Position numbers and translations under genes: made by a program. Of a DNA stretch of 64,000 nucleotides, positions 46,312-55,504 are shown in pieces (within the stretch, counting starts at the first letter, position 1; each line of letters begins with the position of its first letter). The notes beneath the pieces are model-generated. The model was not told the DNA's origin. It did not search any database and saw only the letters and a list, made by a program, of their open reading frames with translations. Source of the DNA: Vicinamibacteria bacterium (GTDB lineage Bacteria > Acidobacteriota > Vicinamibacteria > Marinacidobacterales > Marinacidobacteraceae); the NCBI GenBank assembly GCA_963555995.3, contig OY821641.1, positions 288,001-352,000 on the forward strand, given 5' to 3'.

Positions 46312-46541
46312 CAGAGGGACTCACGGCCTTCCCGAATGATTGCGGCGAGGTCCACGTCCGGTTCGAGGATGGGGCGAGCGCGGATGCGATCCAGCACTTC
46401 CTGCCGGCTCGGGCGCTCCAGATGCGCATGGATCATCCGGAGGAGATAGCCCGACAAGGTGAATCCCTCGGCGGCGGCGCGCGCCTTCAGGGCTCGGTGG
46501 GTCGCCGGCGGGACATTGCGGATCTGGATGTGCCGGTTCAT
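46311..46541 (-). CDS. FitA-like ribbon-helix-helix antitoxin
   Basis: IQIRNVP...HRALKARAAAEG.TLS.YL...IREGR. Confidence 0.8.
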   Translation of the reverse strand: MNRHIQIRNVPPATHRALKARAAAEGFTLSGYLLRMIHAHLERPSRQEVLDRIRARPILEPDVDLAAIIREGRESL

Positions 46542-46555
46542 TCGGTTTCGGGTGA

Positions 46556-47320
46556 TCAGGCGCCCCAGATCGTCTGGCCGGCGTCTATGAACAGGCTGGC
46601 GCCGGTCACGAGGCGCGCCTCGTCGTTCGACGCGAGGTACACCACGGCCGCCACCAGGTCGTCGGGGACGCCGATCTCCCCGAGCGGGATGCGGGCGAGC
46701 CGGCGCTGCCGGAAGTCGTCCCGGGCGATGTCGGCCCGGTTCATGTCGGTCTCGATCAGGCCCGGAGCGATCGCGTTCACCCGGATCCGATGCGGCGCGA
46801 GTTCCAGCGCGAGCTGCTTGGTCAGCATCTCGACGCCGGCCTTGGATACGCAGTAGTGGGTCAGGTTCGGGGCGGCCACTGCCTGCCCGGCGGAGGACAC
46901 GTTGACGATGGCGCCCGGCGTCCCGTCCGCGACCATGCGGCGCGCCACCGCCTGGCCGACCAGGAAGTAGCCCTTCAGGTTGACGTCCAGGATGGCGTCC
47001 CACTCCTCCTCGGTGATCTCGAGGAGGGGCGTCCGCTTCAGGACGCCGGCGTTGTTGACCAGGACGTCGAGGCCGCCCAGGAAGCCGTGCGCCTCGGCGA
47101 CGATGCGCTCCACGTCCGCCCGGGAGTCGGTGGAGCCCTGGACCGCGCAGGCCCGCCGCCCCAGCGCCTCGATCTCGCGGACGGCGCGCTCGGCGTCCGC
47201 GCGGCTGCCCCGGCAGCCCACCGCCACGTCCGCCCCCTCGCGGGCGAGCCCGAGGGCGATGGCCCGGCCGATGCTGCGAGAGCCGCCGGTGACGAGGGCG
47301 CGCTTGCCTGCGAGACGCAT
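46556..47320 (-). CDS. SDR family oxidoreductase (FabG/glucose dehydrogenase-like)
   Basis: TGGSRSIG, NNAG, YCVSK, IRVNAIAPG. Confidence 0.92.
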   Translation of the reverse strand: MRLAGKRALVTGGSRSIGRAIALGLAREGADVAVGCRGSRADAERAVREIEALGRRACAVQGSTDSRADVERIVAEAHGFLGGLDVLVNNAGVLKRTPLLEITEEEWDAILDVNLKGYFLVGQAVARRMVADGTPGAIVNVSSAGQAVAAPNLTHYCVSKAGVEMLTKQLALELAPHRIRVNAIAPGLIETDMNRADIARDDFRQRRLARIPLGEIGVPDDLVAAVVYLASNDEARLVTGASLFIDAGQTIWGA

Positions 47321-47422
47321 GGGGATCGGCGGTCCCGCCGCAGGAGACCGCGAGCGGCCTAACGTAAGCGCCGGGGCCGGGATTTGCAATGCGGCCGCGC
47401 CCTGGCCTCGGCGCGTTCCTCC

Positions 47423-48706
47423 CTACCGTGCCCCGATCGCCGCGAGCCCGGCCTCGAGTCGCCGTTCGGCCTTCGCGTCGCCGGCGAAGCGGAGCAGCCC
47501 GCGCCGGAGCAGCCGCTGCGCTTCGACGGCGTTGCCGCCCTCCCGGAAGACGCGCGCCACCAGCAGATGACGTTCCGGGTCTTCGGGGACCTCGATCAGG
47601 AAGCGCTGGGCGGCCCGCAGCGCCAGCCCGAAGTCCCGGTTCCGGAGCGCGTGGTTCACGAACGCGGCCACCGCGGGGAAATCGCCGGGCCGCAGCTCGG
47701 CCTCGGCGAGCAGCCGCGTGGACTCGGCGTCCATCGCGTTGCGGCGCTCGAACTCGGCGAACAGGGGCGTTGCTTCCTCCGGCCTCCCGGCCCGGCTGAG
47801 CAACTGTGCCAGGCGGAAGCGCGCCTCGTTGAGCGCGCCGTCCGCCAGGAGCGCCCGGCGGAACGCTTCCTCGGCTTCCTGCGTCCGTCCGGCATCCTGG
47901 TGGGCTTGGGCCAGCGCGAGCCGGGCCAGGGCGTTCTCCGGAGTGGCCGCGAGGACCCTTTCAAGGATCGGGAGCGCCTCCGGGGACCGCCCGAGCTTCA
48001 CCAGGATCCGGGCCAGCCGCAGCGCCGCCGGCCCGCCGGGGCCGGTCGCATCCACCAGCGGGCGAAGCATCGCGAGCGCCTCGCTCCCCCGGCCGCCACT
48101 GTCGAGGAGTTCGGCCCGGAGAAGGAGCGCCGCCGGGTTCTCCGGATCGCGGCGCAGCAGCGCGTCCGTCACCGCCGCCGCTTCGTCGAAACGGCTGGAC
48201 CGGGCCAGGATCACGGCCCGGGCGTAGGCCGCGCGCGGGTCCGTGGGGTGGCGTTCGAACCGGGCAAGGGCGCGCTGGTCGGCATGCAGCTCCATGAGCA
48301 GCCAGCCGGCCTCGACGTCCGCCAGCGAGTCTCCCGGCGGCCTCGTCCGCGCGCCCCGGTCGAAAGCTTCCAGCGCGTCGAGCGGGCGGAGACCACGCCG
48401 CAGCAGGACGCCGGCCGCGATCCAGCCGTCGGAACCGAGGTCGCCGGCGTGTTGGAACACGGCCTCGACGACGTGGGGATGCGGCGCGGCGCGGCGGACG
48501 AGATTCCACAGCACGTTCCGTCCCTCGGAGGACTCCGGATCGGCGGCGAAGCTCTCGACGAGCGGCGGGACCGCCCGCGCGGCCTCTCCGGCGGCCAACA
48601 GCCGCCGCGCTTCGCCGAGCGGCTGCCCGGCCGAGGACTGCGGACCGAGCGCAACCCCCGCAACCAGCACGAATCCCCATGCCGTCAACCGGGGCGCCCG
48701 ACACAT
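47423..48706 (-). CDS. Tetratricopeptide repeat protein, probably exported
   Basis: Multiple TPR-like helical repeats (DPENPAALLLRA, PENALARLALAQ); signal-like N-terminus. Confidence 0.75.
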   Translation of the reverse strand: MCRAPRLTAWGFVLVAGVALGPQSSAGQPLGEARRLLAAGEAARAVPPLVESFAADPESSEGRNVLWNLVRRAAPHPHVVEAVFQHAGDLGSDGWIAAGVLLRRGLRPLDALEAFDRGARTRPPGDSLADVEAGWLLMELHADQRALARFERHPTDPRAAYARAVILARSSRFDEAAAVTDALLRRDPENPAALLLRAELLDSGGRGSEALAMLRPLVDATGPGGPAALRLARILVKLGRSPEALPILERVLAATPENALARLALAQAHQDAGRTQEAEEAFRRALLADGALNEARFRLAQLLSRAGRPEEATPLFAEFERRNAMDAESTRLLAEAELRPGDFPAVAAFVNHALRNRDFGLALRAAQRFLIEVPEDPERHLLVARVFREGGNAVEAQRLLRRGLLRFAGDAKAERRLEAGLAAIGAR

Positions 48707-48781
48707 TTTGCTCGATGACCGGCCACAGAATACTCTCCGCCGATGCGGGAAGGGCTCGGACCATCTCGGGCAGTTTCGGCC

Positions 48782-50389
48782 ATGAGGCCCGCCGTTCGCG
48801 CGGCCGTCGCCGGCATGCTCGTTTGCCTCTCCGTCCACGCGGCGGCCCAGGAGCAGGAGGCGGCCGGCCCGTCCTTTCCTTCCGATGACCCCGTGCTCCG
48901 GGCGATCTGGGAGGAGGGCGTCGAGCGCTCCCAGGTGATGGAACTCGGCCAGGTGATGATGGACGTGATCGGGCCGCGCCTGACCGGCTCGCCGGGAATG
49001 GCCGCCGCCAACGACTGGGCGGTCGAGAAGTTCGAGGAGTGGGGCATCGAGGCGTATCAGGAGCAGTACGGGACCTGGCGGGCATGGGAGCGGGGGATCA
49101 GCCACATTGATCTCGTCGCGCCGCGGGTGCGCACGCTGGAGGGCATGGCGGCCGCCTGGAGCCCGGCCACCGACGGGCCGGTCGAGGCGGGCGTGGTGAT
49201 CCTCGCCGACGCGGACACCCCCGAGGCGTTCGCGGCGTGGCTCCCCGAAGCGCGCGGCAAGTTCGTGCTGGTCTCCCCGCCGGTGGCGAGCTGCCGCCCG
49301 CGGGACAACCTGGAGTGGTTCGCCCGGCCCGAGACGCTCGCCCGCATGGCCGGGGAAGCGGAGCGCCTGGTCGAGGACTGGGGCGACCGCTACGAGAGCG
49401 CGGGCATCGAGGGGCGCCGGCTGCCGGAAGCGCTGGACGCCGCCGGGGCCGCCGGGATCATCCGGTCACAGTGGTCCGAGGGCTGGGGCGTCATCAAGGT
49501 CTTCGGGACCAATCTGGAACGGACCCCGGTGCTGGACCTGAGCTGCGAGGCCTACGGGCTCGTCTTCCGGCTGGCCCAGAACGGCCAGGACCCGGTGCTG
49601 CGGGTGGACGCCCGGGCCGAGTTCCTCGGCGAGACGCCCGTCTTCACGGCCTTCGCGAAGATCCCGGGCGCCGCGGAACCGGAGGAGTTCGTGATCCTCG
49701 GGGGCCACTACGACTCCTGGGACGGCTCGTCCGGGGCGCTCGACAACGGCACCGGCGCGGTCGCCATCATGGAGGCGATGCGCATCCTGAAGGCGGCGGT
49801 CCCGAACCCGCGCCGCACCATCCTCGGCGCGCTCTGGAACGGCGAGGAGCAGGGCCTCAACGGGTCCCGCGCCTTCGTGGAGGACCACCCCGAGATCCTC
49901 GAACGCACCCATACGGTCTTCAACATCGATCACGGGACCGGGCCGGTCACCTTCATCCCGATGCAGGGGTTTTCCGGCGCCGGGGCGCGCTTCAGCGAGT
50001 GGCTGGCGCAGATCCCGAGCGAGCTGTCGGATCTCGTCACCCTCGAGATTCCGGGGATGCCGGAAGCCGGCGGGACGGACCACGCGTCGTTCCTCTGCGC
50101 CGGGGTGCCGGCGTTCAGCTTCCACGTGGGGGACGGCCGGGGGGAGCACCTCCCGATGGGCACGAACCGCTGGGACACGAGCATCTACACCTGGCACACC
50201 AACCGGGACAGCTTCGACAAGATCGTCTTCGAAGACCTGCGCGACGACGCGCTGATGACCGCGCTGTTCGCCTACCTGGCGTCCGAGGACGCGGAGCCGA
50301 TGCCGCGGGACCGGCGGGCGATGCCGGAGGGCGAGGCGTGGCCGGAGTGCCGCCCGCCGGAGCGCAGCTCGGAGGAGGACGGCCGATGA
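48782..50389 (+). CDS. M28 family metallopeptidase (carboxypeptidase Q-like), exported
   Basis: IGPRLTGS, GGHYDSWD, DNGTG, GEEQGL, TDHASF, WHTNRD. Confidence 0.9.
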   Translation: MRPAVRAAVAGMLVCLSVHAAAQEQEAAGPSFPSDDPVLRAIWEEGVERSQVMELGQVMMDVIGPRLTGSPGMAAANDWAVEKFEEWGIEAYQEQYGTWRAWERGISHIDLVAPRVRTLEGMAAAWSPATDGPVEAGVVILADADTPEAFAAWLPEARGKFVLVSPPVASCRPRDNLEWFARPETLARMAGEAERLVEDWGDRYESAGIEGRRLPEALDAAGAAGIIRSQWSEGWGVIKVFGTNLERTPVLDLSCEAYGLVFRLAQNGQDPVLRVDARAEFLGETPVFTAFAKIPGAAEPEEFVILGGHYDSWDGSSGALDNGTGAVAIMEAMRILKAAVPNPRRTILGALWNGEEQGLNGSRAFVEDHPEILERTHTVFNIDHGTGPVTFIPMQGFSGAGARFSEWLAQIPSELSDLVTLEIPGMPEAGGTDHASFLCAGVPAFSFHVGDGRGEHLPMGTNRWDTSIYTWHTNRDSFDKIVFEDLRDDALMTALFAYLASEDAEPMPRDRRAMPEGEAWPECRPPERSSEEDGR

Positions 50390-51987
50390 GAAACCTCGTC
50401 CTCGCCGGCGCGGTCGCCGCCCTGACGGCGCCCGGCGCCGCCCAGCCCGCCGACCCCCTTCGGATCCAGGAGCACGCGCTCCGCAACGGCTTCACGATCC
50501 TGCTCGCCGAGGACCACCGCCGGCCGCGGGTGGCCGCCAACCTGTGGGTGCGCGTCGGCTCCATGATCGAACCGGTGGGGCAGCACGGCATCGTCCACTT
50601 CCTCGAGCACGTCATCCATCAGGGGACGACCACCGTCGGCACCCGCGATCTGGCCGCGGAGTTGCCCATCCTCCAGGAGATCCACGACACCGAGCAGGAG
50701 CTCATCGCGCTCCGCAACCGCGAGCGCAACCGGCTCCGGGAGCGGGCCGTCTTCTACGACGAGCTCGACTGGCCGATGACACCCGAGATGGAGGCGCTGC
50801 GGCAGCGGCTCTATGAACTCGAGGACCAGGACGACGAGTACCGCGACTTCTGGACCTCCTACAAGTGGTACATGCAGAGCGGCGGGTACGTGCGCCACAC
50901 CGACCCGGTGCCGGCCAGCACCGAGCAGGACTACATGGAGATGAACATGGCGCTCCCGCCCGAGCACCTCGAACTCTTCTTCCGGCTCGAGGCGGACCGG
51001 CTGGTCAACGCGGTCCTGCGGGGCTGGGAGTCGCAGCGCTTCACCGTGGTGGAGCAGATCCTCGGGGGCAAGAGCCGGCCGCAGACCCGCTTCAACGAGT
51101 CCATGGACGGCGTCACCGCCCAGATCCACCCGGTCTTCGTCCCCGACGGCGGGCACATCCGCGACTTCGGGAACTTCACCCGGGAGGCCATGCACCGCAT
51201 CTACGACGACTACTTCGTCCCCAACAACGCGACGCTCGTACTGGTGGGCGACGTGACGATGGACGAGGTCCTGCCCTTGGCCGAGCGCTACTTCGGCGTG
51301 CTGCCCCGCGGGCCCGAGCCCCCGCTCGATCTGGACGTCGAGGCCGAGCCGACGCCCACCGGCGCCGTTCGGCTCGACTGGACGGAGCCGCTCTCGCCGC
51401 AGGTCCATCTCCGCTACCGCGTCCCGGGCATGGGCCACCCCGACCGGCCGGTCTTCGATCTCATCGCCGCGCTGCTGAGCGGGCCGCACGGGATGGCCGG
51501 ACAGACGCTGGCGGCGCGGGGAGTTTCCGCGTCGGTCGCGGCCGACTTCCGGGTCATCCACACCTACCGCTTCGGCTCGCCCGGGGCGTTCAACCTGGTG
51601 GCGCACGCGGAGCGCGACGGCGACCTCGCGGCGGTCGAGAGCGCGCTGCTGGATTCGGTCGCCGACCTCCGGGAGGGACAGGTGGACGCCGACGCCTTCG
51701 CGCGGGCGAAGAAGCGCCTCCGCGTCGAGTGGGCCGAGCTCCTCGACAACACCCAGGAACTCGCCTTCCTGATCGGCCACCACCACACCATGAACCACTG
51801 GAGCGTGCTGCCCGACCTCATCGAGGCGCGGGACGCGGCAACGCCCGAGGACATCCAGCGGGTCGCCGCGGCCTACTTCGTCCCCTCCAACCGGGTCATC
51901 GCGACGGCCCGCGCCGAGCCCCCCGACGACAGCGGTCCGAGCTGGCTCGACTTCGCGTGGTCCAAGCTGCGGGGGCAGGAGCGATGA
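50386..51987 (+). CDS. M16 (insulinase/pitrilysin) family peptidase, catalytic subunit
   Basis: HFLEH (HxxEH), LEADRL, FVPNNATLVLVGD; ATGA overlap. Confidence 0.88.
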   Translation: MRNLVLAGAVAALTAPGAAQPADPLRIQEHALRNGFTILLAEDHRRPRVAANLWVRVGSMIEPVGQHGIVHFLEHVIHQGTTTVGTRDLAAELPILQEIHDTEQELIALRNRERNRLRERAVFYDELDWPMTPEMEALRQRLYELEDQDDEYRDFWTSYKWYMQSGGYVRHTDPVPASTEQDYMEMNMALPPEHLELFFRLEADRLVNAVLRGWESQRFTVVEQILGGKSRPQTRFNESMDGVTAQIHPVFVPDGGHIRDFGNFTREAMHRIYDDYFVPNNATLVLVGDVTMDEVLPLAERYFGVLPRGPEPPLDLDVEAEPTPTGAVRLDWTEPLSPQVHLRYRVPGMGHPDRPVFDLIAALLSGPHGMAGQTLAARGVSASVAADFRVIHTYRFGSPGAFNLVAHAERDGDLAAVESALLDSVADLREGQVDADAFARAKKRLRVEWAELLDNTQELAFLIGHHHTMNHWSVLPDLIEARDAATPEDIQRVAAAYFVPSNRVIATARAEPPDDSGPSWLDFAWSKLRGQER

Positions 51988-53741
51988 GCGCCGGGACCGC
52001 CGGTCTTCAGACCGGCACGCGCGGCGGCTTGGAACGCCGGTCTCCAGACCGGCACGCGCAGCGCTCCGCGCTGCGCACGTCACAACTCCACTCGGAAGAG
52101 GTGGTTCCCGCCTCGGCGCGGAACTCAACGGCGGAGGTGGCACTCACGGCTTGGAACACCGGCCCTCGGCCGGCACGCGGACCGCAGGTCCGCGACGGCG
52201 CTGCGCCACTTTGCCTCACGGGGCGGCCGGCTGGGAGCGCCGGTCTTCAGACCGGCACCGCGACCCGGAGGGCCGCGCTCCGAAGCCGGATTGCCCTCAC
52301 GGTCCTGACCACCGCCACCCTCACCCTCACCGCCTGCGACCCCGACAACACCCTCCCCGGCCGCTCGCGCCCCATCTTCGAGCACGACTGGCCGGCCCCG
52401 GCTGAGGCGATGGGCGGGCCTTCCGCGTTCACCCCGCCCGATCCCGCCGAGGCCCTCTTCAAGGCGTCGAGCGGCGTCCGGGCCTACATCGTGCCGGCGG
52501 AAACAGACCCCTTGGTACGCATCACCGTAGCGCTGCCGCTGGGCCGGCTCCACGAAGCCGAGGGCGAGGCCGGCGCCTCGGCGCTCCTGACCCGTCTCCT
52601 CACGACGCGCGGCGCTGCGGGGGCGGGGGACCCGCTTTCGCTCCGCCTCGCCGAATTGGGAACGTCGCTGAGCGTGGTCGAGTCCCTCGACGCCACGCAC
52701 CTCTCCCTGAACGTGCTGCCCGAGGACTGGCGTGCGGGGCTGGAACTGCTCGCGGCGATCGTCCGGAATCCCGACCTCGACGCAGCCGCGATCCGGGGGT
52801 ACCGGACAGGCGCCGGCTACGACATGCCCATGGCCGGGATCGTCGGCGCCGGCTACCGTCCCAAGGTCGAGCTGGAGCGGTTCGTTCACGGAGTTCCCCT
52901 GGCGCCGCCGGAGCCCGGGACGAGCCTCTCGCTGGCTGCTGTCCGGGCGCTGGCGGCCCGGAGCCTGACCGCCGACCGCGTGGTGCTCGGGATCGGGGGG
53001 GCTGTTTCCCGCGCCGAAGCGGAGGAGGCGCTGGAGTCGGCGACTGAGGATTGGGTCGCGAGCGGCGAACCGGCGCCGGAGCCCGCCGTGATCGAACCCG
53101 GCGCGCCGCCGAGCCGCTTCCATGCGGTGGACGTCCCGAGCCTGGAGGGCTGGATCGCCATCGGCCGCGTAGTCGGCGCCGTTCCGGAATCGGACCGGGC
53201 CCCGCTGGCCGTACTCAGGTTCATCCTCGCCGAACGCCTGAACATCGCCGCGCGCGAAAGGCGCGGCCTCGCCAACCGGGACGACTTCGAGATCCCCGAG
53301 ACGGCGTCCGGAACCGGCCTCCTCCTCGTCCGCACCGGCGGACGTCCGGAAGCGGTCGGCCCCCTCGTCCGCTACAGCCTGGACGAGATCGCGCGGATGC
53401 ACGATCCGGACGAACCCGTCACCGATACCGAAGTCACCCGCGCGCAGGGCTGGCTGCTTGGGGCCGTGTGGCAGCGGTCCCTTGAACTCGCGACCGATGC
53501 GAGCCGGACGTTCGCCGTTGAGCACGCGCGCCGCGGCGACACGGACCGCCTGATGAACTGGCCCGGGGCCGTCCGGGCCGTGACCGCCGCCGACGTCAAG
53601 CGGATCGCGCAGGAGTACCTGGACCCCGCCGGATTCACGACCGTGGTGGCGGGGCCGCTCGCGGAAATCCGGGCCGCGCGCCACCCACGCTGGCCGGTGG
53701 CGCTGGATGACCTGGAGGCGGAACTCTCAGGCGAGCAGTGA
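51984..53741 (+). CDS. M16 family non-catalytic subunit (lipoprotein) with REP-derived N-terminal extension
   Basis: ATGA overlap with the upstream stop; LTLTAC lipobox; PLVRI, RERRGLA, VTAADVKRIAQEYL; no HxxEH. Confidence 0.8.
   Translation: MSAGTAGLQTGTRGGLERRSPDRHAQRSALRTSQLHSEEVVPASARNSTAEVALTAWNTGPRPARGPQVRDGAAPLCLTGRPAGSAGLQTGTATRRAALRSRIALTVLTTATLTLTACDPDNTLPGRSRPIFEHDWPAPAEAMGGPSAFTPPDPAEALFKASSGVRAYIVPAETDPLVRITVALPLGRLHEAEGEAGASALLTRLLTTRGAAGAGDPLSLRLAELGTSLSVVESLDATHLSLNVLPEDWRAGLELLAAIVRNPDLDAAAIRGYRTGAGYDMPMAGIVGAGYRPKVELERFVHGVPLAPPEPGTSLSLAAVRALAARSLTADRVVLGIGGAVSRAEAEEALESATEDWVASGEPAPEPAVIEPGAPPSRFHAVDVPSLEGWIAIGRVVGAVPESDRAPLAVLRFILAERLNIAARERRGLANRDDFEIPETASGTGLLLVRTGGRPEAVGPLVRYSLDEIARMHDPDEPVTDTEVTRAQGWLLGAVWQRSLELATDASRTFAVEHARRGDTDRLMNWPGAVRAVTAADVKRIAQEYLDPAGFTTVVAGPLAEIRAARHPRWPVALDDLEAELSGEQ
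51993..52260 (+). repeat. Four co-oriented REP copies inside an open reading frame
   Basis: Cores at about 51993, 52028, 52149 (degenerate) and 52230. Confidence 0.88.
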
Positions 53742-53771
53742 GGAACTGGTTGGGTGGGGCCGCGCGGGTTG

Positions 53772-53845
53772 GTGGAGTTGCGACGTGCGCGGTGCGGAGC
53801 ACCGCGCGTGCCGGTCTGGAGACCGGCGTTCCAAGCCGGCGCGCC
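53772..53845 (-). repeat. REP-like repeat (family A) with compensatory stem change
   Basis: GCGCGGTGC-GGA-GCACCGCGC followed by GTGCCGGTCTGGAGACCGGCGTTCCAAGCC. Confidence 0.9.
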
Positions 53846-53869
53846 AGCCGTGCTGGCCGCAGCCCGGCT

Positions 53870-54190
53870 TCACTCCGTCAGCGGTGAACCTCCGGCAAGG
53901 ATGGCCGGAAGGTGGGTCACGTCGGCGACGGTGATCCCCGGCGCCAGCGCCGAAGCGGCCGCCGGACGGCCCAGGACGTAGTGCTCGCCGGGCTTCCAGG
54001 GACCCCCGGCGGCTTCCAGTTCGGCGTTCACCCGTGAGAGGTTCCGCGCTTCCCGCGAGCCCGGATGCTCTTGCCATTTGCACTCCGCGAAGCTCAGCTT
54101 GCCGCCGGACTCCAGGACGAAATCCACCTCGCGGCCCGGGAGGTCCCGGTAGTACCAGAGCCCGACCGGCCGGCCGCCGATCTCACGAAT
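53870..54190 (-). pseudogene. C-terminal remnant of an AAA+/DUF4143 protein
   Basis: LWYYRDLPGREVDFVLESGGKLSFAECKW; in-frame stop immediately upstream, no ATPase domain. Confidence 0.75.
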
Positions 54191-54220
54191 TCAGTTCGGA
54201 TCCAACACGGTCCTGGCTTG

Positions 54221-54270
54221 GCGCTAATTCAAGATTCGATTTTGAATTAGCGCACAAATCGTGTCATCCT
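54221..54270 (+). promoter_or_regulatory. AT-rich palindrome (putative operator) overlapping the -35 of an AAA+/DUF4143 promoter
   Basis: GCGCTAATTCAAGAT-TCG-ATTTTGAATTAGCGC; TTGAAT-17nt-CATCCT with an upstream TG; ATG 7 nt later. Confidence 0.65.
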
Positions 54271-54277
54271 GCCCGCA

Positions 54278-55504
54278 ATGATCGAGCGGGATCTCACTTC
54301 GGTCCTCCTGAAGGCGGCTGGCCGTGCGCCGGTGGTGACCCTCACCGGGCCGCGGCAGAGCGGCAAGACGACCCTCTGCCGGGCGCTCTTCGGCGACCGC
54401 CCGTACGCGAGCCTCGAAGCGCCGGATGTCCGCGCCTTCGCCGCCGAAGATCCGCGCGGCTTCCTCGCGCAGTTCCCGGAGGGCGCGGTCTTCGACGAGA
54501 TCCAACGGGTTCCCGATCTTCTTTCCCACATCCAGGGCATCGTGGATGACGATCCCGCCCACGGGCGCTGGATCCTGACCGGATCGCAGAACTTCTCGCT
54601 TCGCGGCGCGATCAGCCAATCGCTCGCGGGCCGCACGGACGTGCTGGAACTCCTGACGTTGACCAGGGGCGAGATCCGGCGTTTCCGGAAGTCTCCCGCG
54701 AGTCTCGACGAGGCGCTGCTCACGAGCGGCTTTCCCCGAATCTTCGACCGCGAACTCGAGCCCGCGCCCTGGCTCCGCGCCTACGTGAACACCTACGTCG
54801 AGCGGGACGTCCGCCAACTTCTGGGTGTCGGCGATCTCGTGGCCTTCCAGCGCTTCCTCGAGCTCTGCGCCGGCCGCACCGGACAATTGCTCAACCTCTC
54901 CTCGCTCGCGGGCGACTTCGGCGTCTCGCAGCCGACCGCGAGGGCCTGGCTCTCGGTGCTGGAAGCGAGCTACATCGTGTTCCGCCTGCCGCCGTTTCAC
55001 GCGAACCTGCGCAAGCGCCTCGTGAAGGCGCCGAAGCTCATGTTCCACGACGCCGGGCTCGCCTGCTGGCTCCTCGGAATCCACGAGCCGTACCAACTCC
55101 GCACCCACCCCTTGCGGGGGGCCATCTTCGAGACCTGGGTCGTCTCGGAGGTGATGAAGCTGGTGACGAACCGGGGCGCCGCGACGCGGCGGGACCCCGG
55201 ACTCTCGTTCTATCGGGACCGGAGCGGAGCCGAGGTGGACCTGGTGATCGAACGGCCCGACCGCCTCACCCTGCTGGAGTGCAAGTCCGCGGCGACGCCG
55301 TCCGCGGCGCTACTGGCCGGGGCCCGGCGCGTCGCCGGTCACTTCGCGGGGTCGGGGCGGCCGGTTGATCTGGCGGTGGTCTATGGCGGAGACGAGGAGC
55401 AGCGGCGCACCGCCGGCTGGATCGTCCCGTGGCGGAGCGTGGGGGAAGTGGTGTTCCCCGATGGCCAGGGGCCTCCGCCTACCCCGGGACCCAGTACCAG
55501 GTGA
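54278..55504 (+). CDS. AAA+ ATPase with DUF4143 (AAA_14 family)
   Basis: GPRQSGKTT, FDEIQ, LTGS, SLAGR, TYVERDV, KAPKL, FETWV, FYRD..G.EVDL...LECK. Confidence 0.92.
   Translation: MIERDLTSVLLKAAGRAPVVTLTGPRQSGKTTLCRALFGDRPYASLEAPDVRAFAAEDPRGFLAQFPEGAVFDEIQRVPDLLSHIQGIVDDDPAHGRWILTGSQNFSLRGAISQSLAGRTDVLELLTLTRGEIRRFRKSPASLDEALLTSGFPRIFDRELEPAPWLRAYVNTYVERDVRQLLGVGDLVAFQRFLELCAGRTGQLLNLSSLAGDFGVSQPTARAWLSVLEASYIVFRLPPFHANLRKRLVKAPKLMFHDAGLACWLLGIHEPYQLRTHPLRGAIFETWVVSEVMKLVTNRGAATRRDPGLSFYRDRSGAEVDLVIERPDRLTLLECKSAATPSAALLAGARRVAGHFAGSGRPVDLAVVYGGDEEQRRTAGWIVPWRSVGEVVFPDGQGPPPTPGPSTR

Noticed and set aside
51993-52260. Tandem repeats as a CRISPR array
   Set aside because: Spacing is irregular, copies are degenerate, the same motif is dispersed across the window, and there are no cas genes.
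38834-55504. Prophage or integrative island
   Set aside because: There is no integrase, phage structural gene, att repeat or tRNA target, and the cassettes are interspersed with ordinary metabolic genes.
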